From positions 129,086,001-129,150,000 of the forward strand of contig NC_058368.1 in NCBI RefSeq assembly GCF_018350175.1: 64,000 nucleotides of DNA. The letters run 5' to 3'. This DNA comes from Felis catus. Its lineage: Eukaryota. The translations under genes were made by a program, and so were the position numbers. Of this stretch, positions 15,412 through 28,335 are shown piece by piece. Under the pieces are notes generated by a model that was not told the DNA's origin, did no database searches, and saw only the letters and a program-made list of their open reading frames with translations. Each line of letters starts with the position of its first letter. Positions within the stretch are counted from its first letter, which is position 1.

Positions 15412-15461
15412 AATTTTATAATCAGTATATGTATACTGATTATAAAATTATTTTATAATCA
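15412..15461. repeat. Perfect 18-bp inverted repeat plus an overlapping 12-bp palindrome
   Basis: aattttataatcagtata-tg-tatactgattataaaatt (15412-15449) and tgattataaaat-t-attttataatca (15437-15461). Confidence 0.95.
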
Positions 15462-17456
15462 ATATATCAGTAAATGTTGAATTGATTAGTTGGTTTATGA
15501 CATTCAAAAGGACTAGCATTACAAAAAAAACTATAATGAAGGGAATCATTTAAAGAAAAAAATTTTGGATTAATACTAAATGAATAAAATTTTAAGAACT
15601 TAGATGCTTGGAGGAAATTAGAATTACAAATAACTAATTAGGAGAAGGCAAACTAATTTTTTTGGTTACAAAAAAAGTGATATAGTTAAATAAAACTTAC
15701 AGTGTTCATATTTAATCCATTAGTCACATCTCACTTTTCCAAGTTGTTTTGGAAATTATGTGCCTCAGCCTTCAATAAGAATTATAAATTCTCATTAGGT
15801 GGAAGTTCCCACCAGCTGATTCTAGTTATACCCTATGATGAACTGCTTTCTGATTATGGACCAGGCTTTATATTATTCAAGTTCTTTGATTTCAGTCTAA
15901 GATGAAGAATACATTTTCTTGCCCTGTATTTCCTTTTTTCACAAATCCCACCCCGCCCACCAATCATTACTAGACTGTTTTAAATTCTCTTGTGTACTCT
16001 GATGGCAAGCAGAGGTCACTAGCCATTTTAACCGCATCTATGTTCTGTGAAGAATCCCATGTAGAAGTAACAATAGCTACCATATCTTAATATTCATTCA
16101 CCAAAAAATTAACTAAAAGTTGCTTCTGGACTACAAAATGAAAGGATTTTGCTTCTTAATAAAATGGGAGAATTTGACTTTGTGCCCCTGCACAGGGCTC
16201 ACATTGCTTCAAGGCTCTGCTTTGGAATTAAATGCTGAGCACTGCCAGATGCCAGACATTGAGAAGAGGCTGAGTTTTGTCGGCAAATGGGATCTGCAAG
16301 TTAATTGGTGTTTTCTGCAGGCTTCTGGCTGTGAAATGAAATTGGAAGCCCTTTAGCCACATGGATAATACAGGACCTGAATACAAATGTCACATGTCAC
16401 CATCAGGACCCACTGTGAGACAATAGTGTTCCCACTCCAACACTGCACCATTACAGATCATTTAAATATGGGGATTACATTTAAACTAAAAGCCCCATTT
16501 GCCTTTTACTGCAATTTAAATGTCCTCTTAGCAAAAGCTAAGTGACAAATTAAATGAAAAAAGTGCCCACATTTTTAAAGCTGTAATGCAAAACAACCTT
16601 TTATTGCTTCTCATGTGCCACGAATGAATCATTATACTTGTCAACCCTAAACCAAGCCATAATTGGAGCAGCTACTGTTATCAAAGTGGGGCCGCTCTGT
16701 GACAGCTTAATAAAGCTGAAACTGTTAAATTAAATCTCAGATGCTTAACTCCTTAGCACTGGTGAATTCGATGGGTCCATTTCTGGCAATAGCCAATACA
16801 CGAGGAAAAAAAAAAAAAAGATTCCTGGCATGAAAGCCTTAATCTGATGAAAGTGTACAAGTAAGAGTATCTTAGCCAAGTAACTCTGCTTCTTGGCAGA
16901 GGTATTTGGAGGCATCAGATTGTCAGCCTGATTACAAAATTTAATTTTTTTGGTAAGATCAGATATTCCCCTCCCCAATATTTACAGCTTACTGAGTATA
17001 TGTGATTTATTAAAATTTAACTCTTGATGTTTGAAAATTAGTTTAAAACATAATATATATTTGTATAACTTTGTCTCTCTTTCAAATAAGTAAATATAAG
17101 CTTTTTTGAAGTAGCAACAGGCCTGATTCCTTTCCCCCTCGGGAACAGAGGGATTAATTATGCTCAGTTCTTCTTTTCTAAATTAAGTGCCTATGATATT
17201 CATTTAGTCTGAGTTAATTTTTGTGACTTATTCCCTGATATTCATAACGTAGTATGAAATAAATACAGATGCATACTATTAAGATCCTGTTCACTGCATC
17301 CCATTTGCAGATACATTATTCTTATATATGAATCTTTTTCAATATTAGTTTTACTTTTTCTATGTGATAGTCATTTTCTAAACCATACGGCAGTCATCTC
17401 AGAGTACATGTGGTATCATGATCAGCAAGAGAAAATGTATACATTAAAATCTTAAA

Positions 17457-17680
17457 GGGGGTGCCTGGGTGGGTCAGTAGGTTGAGTGTCTGACTCTTGA
17501 TTTCAGCTTGGGTCATGATCTCGTGGTTCATGAGTTTGAGCCCCACATTGGGCTCTGTGCTGGCAGCACTGAGTCTGCCTGGAATTCTTTCTCTCCTTCT
17601 CTCTCTCTCTGCCCCTTCCCTGCTCAAACGTGTGTGTGCATGCATGCTCTCTCTCTCAAATTTCAAAAAATAAAATAAAA
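17457..17680 (+). mobile_element. Can-SINE
   Basis: gggggtgcctgggtgggtcagt head, (CT)n, A-tail; TSD taaaatcttaa. Confidence 0.9.
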
Positions 17681-18337
17681 TCTTAAGATAGAAAGCCCAT
17701 TGCAGTGATAGAAGGTGCATATTTGGTAGATCTATAGAATATACACCTGTTTAGTTGCATTCTTTATTCTATAAAATGCAGATTTTCTAGAAGGCAGATC
17801 ATAGAAATAATCCTTAGATTTCAAAGAACAACCCAGTGTCGATTGGTGGTGAGCACACCTACTGTTAGCCCTAATGGCTTTCTGTTCAGCACACTTAATT
17901 ACCATGGGGGTCTTTAGGGATGAGGGGGTATATTGTAATCTCTTATCTATGTTGATGGGTCTCTTTCCTTAAATGTCTTCTAGACTGTAATTTTACTTTG
18001 CTTCATAAAACTATAGGTTGTAGCTGCCAGTCTATTAAAATCTAATTAAAAATGGATGTCATTAGAGGAAACAGTTAAATAAGATTTAATTACAGCTTCA
18101 TCATAGGGAAAGATTCTTAAATTTTCATTTTTCAAGTTTTACATATGTGTTTTTTTCCTAAAATTTTAAACACTTTCTCTGTGAGCTGAGCCATACGTTT
18201 TGCTTTCTAGCATCTCAACTTTGTTTTTTAGGGAGAGGCTGGGCTACCATTGCAAGAGCCTTGCTACTCTGAGCTTTGCTCACATTCACAAGATACAAGG
18301 AGTTATCTTACAGAATTCTTTTCCAAGGTTTTGATAT

Positions 18338-18449
18338 GGGGGTGTCACACTGGCTCAGTTGGTGGAGCATGCGACTCTTGATCTCGGGGTTGAGTTCAAG
18401 CCCCACATTGGGTGTACAGATAACTTAAAAATAAAACCTAAAAAAAAAA
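18338..18449 (+). mobile_element. Short tRNA-like Can-SINE lacking the CT tract
   Basis: ctggctcagttggtggagcatgcgactcttgatctcgggg with A-tail; imperfect TSD gttttga(t/a)atg. Confidence 0.82.
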
Positions 18450-19884
18450 GTTTTGAAATGGATACCTAAGTCTTTGTGAGTAGAAATAGTCATAGTTAGA
18501 AGTTTCTATTTTGAAATCCGCTGTAAGGTTAGTTTGACCAGCGGCTAAGCAGCAGCTCCCGTGTTCCTTGGTAGGGTACCGGATAGATTGAGTGGGTGTA
18601 CAGATTCAGGGTGCATGGAGTCACAATAAATCTTTGTTCAGCAATAGAGAACTTAGCCTATCATTCATCCATTGAGACCAAATCTGTTGCAAATACTGAA
18701 AATTTCCTGCTCCGCAGACTCAGAACACTTGTCTCAGGTACTACCTCAGATACCAGTAGTCATCTCTGTGGGCCTCTTCCACACCCATCCACCCACATTA
18801 TTCCTGAATCATATGCTTAAGTCACACATTTAAAATGATGCTGTAAGTAACTTCGAAGGGCTTTTGTGCACAGTCAGAAATAAGATTCCAAAGACTCTGC
18901 TTTGGAGGTCATTGTGGAGAAATACCTGGGAAATGCCACCTAATGTCTCTAAAAGTAATAGACTTAGTAATTTCATCCACCGTTTTGAGCCACTACTTGG
19001 TTTATATGATAAATTCAAATCCAGGCTTTCCCAAGTTTGAAGCTGATGGTGGTTAGTGAATGTCTGAGGAGTTACTCCTTTTCAGAGAGAACTTGGAAGC
19101 ATTCCAGTGTGGTTTGCCATGTAAGTAGTGTTCTCTTTGCTAGTGCCATAGAGAAAACAGCAATTCCCAGAGCCCCCTTGCAGCAAAAAGTTGTCAGGTG
19201 CAAAAGTTGGATACTTCTCTGTAGCTGTAAGTGTACAATGTAAGCCTAATGGACTACACATTAGGGATTGTTTCTCACCTGCCAGTTTGTCTTCCCTGGC
19301 CATAAGGAGAAGACACCTTTACCACTGAAACCACTTCAGTGTCTTCTCATTAACCCTTCATTCCAGAAGTCTTATTGTGGTTTCTTTATCAGTATGGTAT
19401 TAAGCACTTGCTATGTTCAGAGGCATAGATGTATTAAGTGTTTGATTTTACTATTGGTGATGGTCCTGGTAGTATAGGGGGGGAATAGAGGGATAGAACC
19501 TTCAGGAGACAGAAATTAGACTAGGCATGAGTGAACTGAGGGATACTTTGATAGAGTAATTTATTCACATATTAGTACAAATACTTGTAGAGACTGAATT
19601 TAACATGGTTTTACAAGGTGTTCATGGAGGCGAATTGTTAGGAAGTAGGAAGAAGTAGTGACATTGAATAACATGAACAAAGACAGGTATGAACTCAATG
19701 GGAGAGGGTTATAAAGGGTTCAGATTCATTGTCAACAATGTTGTCTTCAAGATTTTCAGTCCAATTTTATTGTCATTTGTTTTTACTCCAAAGGGAGGTG
19801 AGAAGGGAGAGAGAGTAGACCTAGGATCTAAGTTTTTCCTATGCTTTATTTCCCATTTTAGTCCAGCTACTAAAGATGACATAG

Positions 19885-20105
19885 ATGTCAGCACTTATTT
19901 ATCAGGCAGTATGCTGAGCACCTAACGCATGCATTATTTTTTTATTCTTGAAACAATCCAGTGAGATTTAGGTATAATTATTTGCCTTAATTTTATAGCT
20001 GAGAAAACTGGCACTTTGGGAGACTAGATAACTTGCTTGAGGTCACAGTGGCAGAGCCGGAATTTGATCCCAGGCCAGTGGCTTCAGAGACTTAACCGCC
20101 AAACT
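19885..20105 (-). mobile_element. MIR
   Basis: ttttatagctgagaaaactgg...aacttgcttgaggtcacag...ggcagagccggaatttgatcccagg. Confidence 0.78.
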
Positions 20106-20984
20106 ACATACCATCCTCACTTGTTTTATTTTGCCTCTCTGCTAAGTGGTCTCTGCTCCGAGCAGAGCAGGGGCAAGGTGAAGCTCACCTAGATGGCAGT
20201 AAACCCTGTAAAAGCTGTATGGCTGGTCTGCCCACTCGTGGTCCTGCAGGTCTAATTATAGTTGTCAGAGCTTACCTATTCTAGTTGCTCATCTTTGTTT
20301 CTAGCAACTCTCTAACTTCAGCATCTGAAAAAAGATACAGTGTAGAAGAGCCACATACATGCTATCGATTGAGAACTGTTATAATAAACTTATGCTTACC
20401 ACAAAATACAGAGAGAGTACATAGGGGATATGGGATACAGTCGAATTTTCATTTCATTTTCCAGGCTCCTTTGCTAAGGAGCCAGTGAGACCTTTAGGTC
20501 ATGGTCTTTGTCCTGGCCTGTATCAAGCCCTCATGATAACACAGTTGTCAATACTTGTTTATGTCATGTGGTCTGTAGCTCTGCAGATCCCTCCTGCACT
20601 TGGGCTAGGCTGTCCTGCTCTGGAGTGGGGTTACACTTCCTGTTTCAGTCTGTGGTTTTCCCCTTATTATTCATAGCTCCCTCTAAATACAGAGGCTTTG
20701 TCAGTTGTGTTGTTCAGGAGGCTTTGCTTCTGTCTGGCCATGTTCTCAGAACACTGATGCTGCTGCTGAGTCCTCACTACCTGTGCGTGGTGTATTTCTC
20801 TGTTGTGTGGTCCTCTTGCTTTTTGTCTCTTAAAACTGAGACTTCTGTGTTCGGGGCTCAGAGTCCTCTGGATTCTGCTCTGCTCTGGGAATGGGAAGAA
20901 GGGGGGTTGTTCTCTGCTCCTTGAAGTAGGCAGCGTTAACTTTTAGTTTGGGTCAGAACTTAACCAAAAGAGAGAATGCATATT

Positions 20985-21179
20985 TTTTTAAACATTTTTT
21001 TATGTTTATTTATTTTTGAGAGAGGTGGTTGGGAGGCGGAGAGAGAGGGAGACAGAGGATCCAAAGCAGGCTCTGCACTGACAGCACAGAGCCTGATGCA
21101 GGGCTCGAACTCCCGAACCGTGAGATCATGACCTGTGCTGAAGTCAGATGCTTAGCCCACTAAGCCGCCCAGGTACCCT
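20985..21179 (-). mobile_element. Can-SINE
   Basis: Reverse SINE body; TSD gaatgcatatt. Confidence 0.9.
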
Positions 21180-24100
21180 GTGAATGCATATTCTTTACTT
21201 CCTGTACAGTGCCATCAACCGTCTTTCCCTTGAGTGCAGCTGCTAGGGTTTAATTATCCATTCATTACTCACTTATGGGAAAGAGTAGAAATAAAGAGAA
21301 CAACTTTTAAACAAATATTAATAGAAAATGGTAGATTCTCAAGATTAAAAGAGATCTTTACAGATTGTTTGATCCTATTTTCTAACCAATTGGAGATTCC
21401 TAATGATAATCATCCTCTAAGTTATTTAGGTGTACAAATAGATGATCTGTAACAACACTTGGGGATCACCCCCTTGTGTATTTTTATGAAACTTTATTCT
21501 AAATATAGACCACAGAGATTTTATTAGGAGTTAAGATGCCTTATGACTTATGATAGTACATGTTCGTGTCCTATATTGTATATGTAGTGTGTTGGTAGCA
21601 TTATTTGTACGAAGAATAGGTTCTGGTTTCTTTCTTTTATGTAATATTTATGAATCCATTGGTAGTAGATATTTTTTCTCATATTAGTGGCTACTAAGAG
21701 TGTCAGAGTATTAGTATAAAGTGTCTTTTTCTTCCTCACAACAATTTTAGAAAAGTTTTATTCTCTTTCTGTTTCCTAAGAGTTAGTATTGCACTTGCCC
21801 TCAAGAAACTGCCACCAAAGGGAAATGTGGCTGGGGGAGAGGTGGTCTCCTTGCTCAACTGTGGATCTCTGGGGAGCACCATCACAATAGGGTGGGGGGG
21901 AAGTGAGAGAGTGGGAAGGAAGGAAGGAAGACGGGTTGGGGAAAATTTCCTCTCATCGCTTCTTACCCTGAAGTGGCAGCGTACAAAAATTAATGAGGTC
22001 TGAGAAGCCTCATCTAAGCCCTCTGAGATTCTCAGGAGCTTCACGGGGATCAGAGATGCCGGGAGCCGGACTAGAAGAAGTAGAAGCCACGGGAGGAGTG
22101 AGAGAGCCACTTAGGTTGTTCTCTGTGGGGTGCCGTGTGGAGCAAGGTGCTTTACAAATGTTTGTGCAGTTGATTAAAGCTTAGGTGGGTCAATGAGGGG
22201 GCAGGAGAACCCAAGGAAATGATGAATGTGTGTCTGTTAGACAGGGGGTGTTCACCTGTGCCTCACAGAGGCCCTGAGGTGGGATTGGGAGGAAGTGAGT
22301 GTGGATGGGGGGAGGCAAGTCCTCTCCGTCCCAACAGATGACTTTCACCACTTGACACATAGGCTTTCTGTTAAGATTTCTCTAGAACAAAGGGTTCCGA
22401 GATTAAAAATGCATGCTTGATTCTTACTGTCTTCAATAGGCTTTTAAATAGCTGCTCTTCTTAGAGGTGTACCAAAGAATGACTTTTATTTATATAAATA
22501 ATTTTCTTTTTTGAGGAGAAGGCAAGCTGGTAAATGATGTATAGCAGGTGAGTTTTTGTGAGGCTGCTGTAAGCTTATCTAACAATTGCATAATCTTGTT
22601 TCAGTGTTTAAAAATTCCAAATTGGAATAAGAATAATATTCTGTCTAGTAAAATACAGGTGCCCTCTGACATTAAACTGCTTGGATGAATTAGTAACTGG
22701 TTCTAGGTTATTTTCTCAGGCTCTGATCTAGAGACAAATAACCAGGAGTAGTGATAGTAATTGTCCAAAATGGGGCTAACTCACCCAGCTCTCTGTGTCT
22801 CCTGTTGCAAAGATAACCTTTGAAATAGAAATTCTACTCTTTGAATTTGGGCTGTGTCAGCTCTATTTTCTTGACCCTAGGTTGTGCTTCCCAGCCCCTT
22901 TCAATTTGGGGTATCTTGGTAAGTTTCAAAATTGCTTTGGGCGTTCCTGGAGGAGAGCATGACCACTCATCAATTAGGTATCAGACTTAAGTTATCAGCA
23001 ACCTTGAAATGGCTTAGATTGGAAGCCACAGTCTCTCTTTATGGATGGGCATAAGCTGAGGGAGTTGGATGGGAGGACTGTATACAGGGCACTTGGATCC
23101 AATATAAGCTTGGAATTTGGAGAGAATCCTGTTAGGAACAGTGGCTTCAAAATGTTGCCAAGACCACAAAAGTGGGACACCCCCGGTCTCCAACACATTT
23201 AAAGATGATAGTATATCCGGTAACCTATTCACCATACATACTGATCATACACACAGGATGCTCTTTGCCAAATGTTAGGGTCCTGTGTACAACAGCTAGT
23301 CTGAGAGATTTTTGTTTGTTTTGAAACCATTTAAACCACTCACGGTCCTTAATAATCTTGTCAGTTGCTGTCTTTTGGGGGCATTTAAACTAATTCGGAG
23401 CCATCCTTTTTCATCTTTATTAGTGTTCATGTGATAATCTCACCCCCCTTTCCCCTTCTTGTCCACTAATTAGAATACTGAAAATGACACATTTTTTTAA
23501 AGTTGTTTTCCTGTACAGGTGAAAAAAATGTGCCTGGCATATAGTTGGTGCTTCGTAAAGTATCTATCAATAAAATAGTGAAGAAATAATTGAAGTGTAA
23601 TGCTAAAACACTTATTTGGAAGCTTTACAAAGTTGAGTATTTTTGATATACTGAGAATAGTGATTGAAAGGACTTAATCTTCACTGCATCTTCAGTTTTC
23701 TTCCCCTCCTGGCTTATCTTGCCATCTTCGCCCATGTACAGGTGGATATTCATGGGTGCCTGTTTATGCCTGAATGTATGCAGATGCACGCGTGCGCACA
23801 CACTCAATGCACACTGAAATACAAACAGTGTAGAGTACAGAAGGGCAGTGATTCCCCCTTGCCATCAGTGCTGCAGGTAATCTATTGCATTAATCAGCCA
23901 GCCAGTGGGAAATGCATGGGGAGTGATTATACTATCATACACAATACAATCAGCATGAAGCACTTGTCAAGACCAATACATCAAAGTTTAATTCAGTAAT
24001 AGAATGAATTAGAGCAAAATGAAACATTCTGTTCTCCAAGAACTCAGCACTCATCACAGGTTCTTTCTCAACTCGGTAGAAAAGTCAGTGCATTAAGAAA

Positions 24101-24714
24101 CTGTTTTTATGAATGAAATTGAAGTTCTCTTATGTCCAAATACTGCAATCCCTTTTACTGGGGCTTCTTATACAAGTCTAGTGCTAAACTATATTCGTCA
24201 GTATTCCATAATCATAGCCATTGGTAAATTTGATTATTTTTTGTGAGGGATCCTGATGATCTTTTATCCTAATTGTTCTCCATGGTTAAGTGAAAGGCAG
24301 TTCTTGTCCTATTGGCTGAGGGAAACACTTATCTATAGATATGGCTGTTGGACAGTAGAGTGCCTTACCAGAAAGCAGATAAATTAACAGTGACTTGGTG
24401 TTTACAGTGCTTTATGATAGGTACTGTCATTAGGAGCTGATAGTCTAGTTGGGAAACAAAATGAATAAGGGAAAAATAAAAAGCAGCCCAAGACCACCTA
24501 AGGCAACTGAAGAAATGAAGTTAGATAATGTAGTACCTGTTTCAGAAAAATTTGAGGATTTAACACATTTCATATTCTGAATCAGTCTTCTGTGTCAGTT
24601 TATAACAGTCAAATGAAATACACCTAACCGAGCATGCTTTTTCAAAGGGACAGGTAACAGCTCACCAGGACTATTGTAGTTTTCAAAGCCTTCGACTGGA
24701 ATACAGAGAAGATT

Positions 24715-24872
24715 TACTGAAGTCAGATGGTCTCTAAGTATGGATTCTGATCCCCATATTTACCAACTGTATATCCCTGGACAGGTCCCTTATTTTAGAG
24801 AGAACTTTAGTTTCCTTATGTGTAAAATGACCATAATGAGGATTCTTAAGGCCTAAAGTAGGATGATTAAAT
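24715..24872 (+). mobile_element. MIR
   Basis: ctgaagtcagatg...tttagtttccttatgtgtaaaatgaccataat. Confidence 0.55.
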
Positions 24873-25540
24873 AACGCATTACACTTTCTTTCTCATTCCA
24901 AGGGTCTTTTGCCTGTGTCAAGAAAGTGGGCCCAGTGGGAAGCTTATAGGAGAGAGAAGTCACGAAAACCTAGGGAGTCTTTTTCAGAAATAGATTTATA
25001 TAAACTTGGACTGTTGAATGGATCGTGGAACTGTTTGTGAAGACAGCTTGGTTAAGCAGCCAGTGCAGAGCGCATGGAAAATGCTCGTGCAGGTTACCAC
25101 AGTTCACATTCCTTCCCCTCACTAACAACACTGACTACCCTTTTTGTGTATGAAAATAAGACGTCTGTCATTGTGGCTTTTTTCTTTATGATTTTTCCTG
25201 TCTTTCCTCCCTCCCTCAAAAATGAGAAGGGTGGTGAGTGGTGGACGAGCTGGCTCTGGCCATTCCTACAGAACCAGATTCCCAGTAAGGTCAGGCAGGC
25301 TGTTTTTGGTGAATCTGGCATGTTGACCTGTCAGCACTGACAAATCACTGTGTATCAGAGGAGGGCCACAGGTTTCCCCAGAGGAAACATTATCAAGGAT
25401 ACCCATTAACTTTTTGGAGTATCTGGTTTGTTTTCTTTTTTGATAGCAAAAAAAGATGGTTGTTTCATTCAGTCTTTTCTCAGAGCCTGGTTAAATAATA
25501 GCCGATTTTGCGCCCTTTTGCTTGAGAGTTAGCTCTGCTC

Positions 25541-25752
25541 GGGGCACCTGGGTGGCTCAGTTGGTTGGGCGTCTGACTTCAACTCAGGTCATGACCTCAC
25601 AGTATGTGAGTTGGAGCCCTGCATCGGGCTCTGCTGACAGCTCAGAGCCTGGAGTTTCGGATTCTATGTCTCCCTCTCTCTGTGCCTCCCCAGCTCGTGT
25701 GCATTCTCTCCTTCTCTCTCTCAAAAATAAACAAACATTAAAAAAAAAAAAA
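25541..25752 (+). mobile_element. Can-SINE (felid SINEC_Fc-like)
   Basis: ggggcacctgggtggctcag head, cagctcagagcctggag, (CT)n, poly-A. Confidence 0.92.
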
Positions 25753-27576
25753 GCCCTGCTTGACCTAACACGATCTCACAAACTCTCTCTATACAGTGAA
25801 CCTGAGGTATTTGAAATTTTCCCAGAAATGTTTTAGTGCATTCGAAACTATACCAAATTTAAAGTAAGGAGAATGTTTTTACCAGTTAAACTTATTTCTC
25901 AAACAGTGGTGACTAATATATTAAGACTGAATCGTACTGAGAACAATACTATAATTAGGGTCACAGTTTTTGTGTGGTCTGACCTAAGAAATTTTGTGAC
26001 TATAGTTTTGGTGGCACAACTAATTATACCAGTGATCTCCTATTTGTGACTGCAATTAGGCATTTCATGGCCTCTAAATAAGTATAATTAGTTAATTGGA
26101 TCATGCATGAAATTCTAGCCTCTCATAATAGCCTCTGAGAACAAAAATAAATATGATAAATATTATGAATTGTTTTATAACTGTGGAACCCTGGGAAATA
26201 CCACAAGTAATTGTTTTACTTTGTTACTATTTCATAGGAATAAACATGGTATTAAAAAGTAGAAGTTAAACTATGTAACATTCTTTATTCTCTACCTTTG
26301 AGGCAGAGAGAAAAGGGAATCACTAACCTTTCTGCTGCTCCTCTGCCTCTTACTCCCCACTTGCCACTGCACCTGTGTGTTGCCCCCTTAGCATAATACA
26401 CGTTGTATCTTCTGGAAAATAGGGAGAAGAGCCACATTTATCAAAAACGCCTAAGTGCCTTTATGGAAGAGGTGTACCTTTTAATTACTGAATTGATTTG
26501 CAAACTAAAAAAAAAACATGAAGTGGAAGGACTTTAAAAACAAGTGTTACTGACTCTGGGGGGGGTACCACTAGAGAATGGCCAACTGATTTATTCAGTC
26601 ACAAATCATAATGCTCCACCCAGTAGTACACCCACAGGCAAAAAGCACACTTAGTCACACGCAAGTGCATTATCCTGGAAATGCTGATGTGACTGTATTC
26701 CAACAGACCTCGTGATACATTATAATTTCAGAGAAAACAGATTTCTTCTGACTTGGATAATCATTCTTGAATTGTAAGTTGGGTTTATCTTTTGTTTTAA
26801 ATCTTCAGTGGAGTTTCTTGTTTGCTGTGGCTTTCAAAGTCTTGAAAAATGCAGTTTTCTTTTGTTTTCATTAGGCTCTTTTTAAATGGACCTTGTGTAG
26901 GTTTTTGTTGGGGATGCTTTCTCTACAGGGGAGAGACAAGACATGGTTAAATAAAGTACAGGATTTCTTAGCTGTGCCTTTAAGGTTCCTTCATAATTTT
27001 AGACAATAATGTACCCTTTTATATTATGCTGCGAAAATATGAGCAATAAAATGATGATTCTGTCAAGGGACAAAAATGGTGAATCTTGGGATTTATGTAT
27101 GCATAACTACATACATGAATCCTAGCTTAACGGAAGTACTTTTTGACTAAATAGGTAGGCAGAGGCTATAATATCTGAGTGTTGAGAATATTGGATTTTG
27201 GGGAGCATGAGTTTGTAAGTTACTTTAGCTGTAAAGTGAGTTTTTGTGACAGTGAAATGCGATTGTGTATGTAAAATACTTAGCACAGGGTTAGTGTGAG
27301 GTGAATATTCAATAAATGGCAGCAGTTATTGTCAGGTGGATAAGTAAATTGCCATTCACTTTTAGAACTGTGTTAGCTGAACTAAATAGAGCGGTTTGTA
27401 CCCTAAAGCAGACATTTTAAAACTTTGAATGTAGACTCTAATTAGAAACCTAACATGTGTAACCTGATATTGTTAGGATTTTCCTTGAAGGGATAAAAAT
27501 ATTAGCATACAAACCAGCACTTAATATTGCATTGTGTGTTGGGATACCTTTTGTGCTGTTAAGCTTTCCTAATGAC

Positions 27577-27777
27577 TTTTTTTTTTTAAGTTTATTTATT
27601 TATCTTGAGAGAGAGCGAAAGCACAAGCAGGGGAGGTGCAGAGAGGGGAGACACAGAATTACAGGCAGGCTCTGCACTGTCAGCGCAAAGCCTGATGCAG
27701 GCCTCAAACTCGTGAACTGTGAGATCGTGACCTGAGCCCAAGTCGGTCGCTTAAGCAGCGAGCCGCCCAGGCATCCC
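27577..27777 (-). mobile_element. Can-SINE
   Basis: Poly-T, AG tract, gcaggctctgcactgtcagc...cccaggcatccc. Confidence 0.9.
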
Positions 27778-27926
27778 GACTTTGTTTTTTCCTGTAGTTG
27801 CACCTCTTCTCATATGTTCAGTGGTTCATTTGGGTTTGATTAGTTTGACAATATTCACCTACTCATTGGTAAATACCTCACTTTTCTGTCTTGCAATCTA
27901 TCAGATTTATAATCTTCCTGGTAATT

Positions 27927-28335
27927 GTGATAGATTAAAGATGGCCATATATTCTTTGCTACTCTCTCATTGAGACATGAGGTCTTTGTTTTCTCCTCTT
28001 TTATCTGGTCAATTTTTTAAAAAATGTTTGACCAGCAGAATATGGCAGAATAGGTGCTGGGTCAGTTTCTGGGCCCAAGCTTTAAGTGACTAGCAGGTCT
28101 ATTTCCTGTCTCATAGAAGGTTCTATCTTGGTTCCCTGAGTTTTCATGTAAGGAGTCTGGCTCTCCTGAAGCTGCCATGCGCTGGGAAAGCCCCTGCTGT
28201 CCACATGGACGGGCTGTGTTGAGGCAAGGGGAAGGTTAGGAGAAAGGCACTTCTGACCTGCAGAATCATGAGATACAATGGTATGTTCTGTATTAAGCCA
28301 GTAAGTTTAGGGTAGGTTTTTACTTCTGTCTGACA
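27927..28335 (+). mobile_element. MaLR solo LTR (MLT1G/H-like)
   Basis: Begins tgtgatagattaaagatggcc; internal ttgaccagcagaatatggcagaa; ends gcagaatcatgaga...taagccagtaagtttagggtag, as in MLT1 LTRs. Confidence 0.7.

Noticed and set aside
18338..18420. tRNA-like sequence with A/B boxes (also at 43727 and 31091)
   Set aside because: Followed by A-tails and flanked by TSD-like repeats, so tRNA-derived SINEs rather than tRNA genes.
21736..22184. GC/purine-richer block with 124-aa and 63-aa ORFs and small hairpins (atgagg/cctcat, ctgaga-t-tctcag)
   Set aside because: Low-complexity translations, no recognisable domain or paired splice sites, and stems short enough to be chance.
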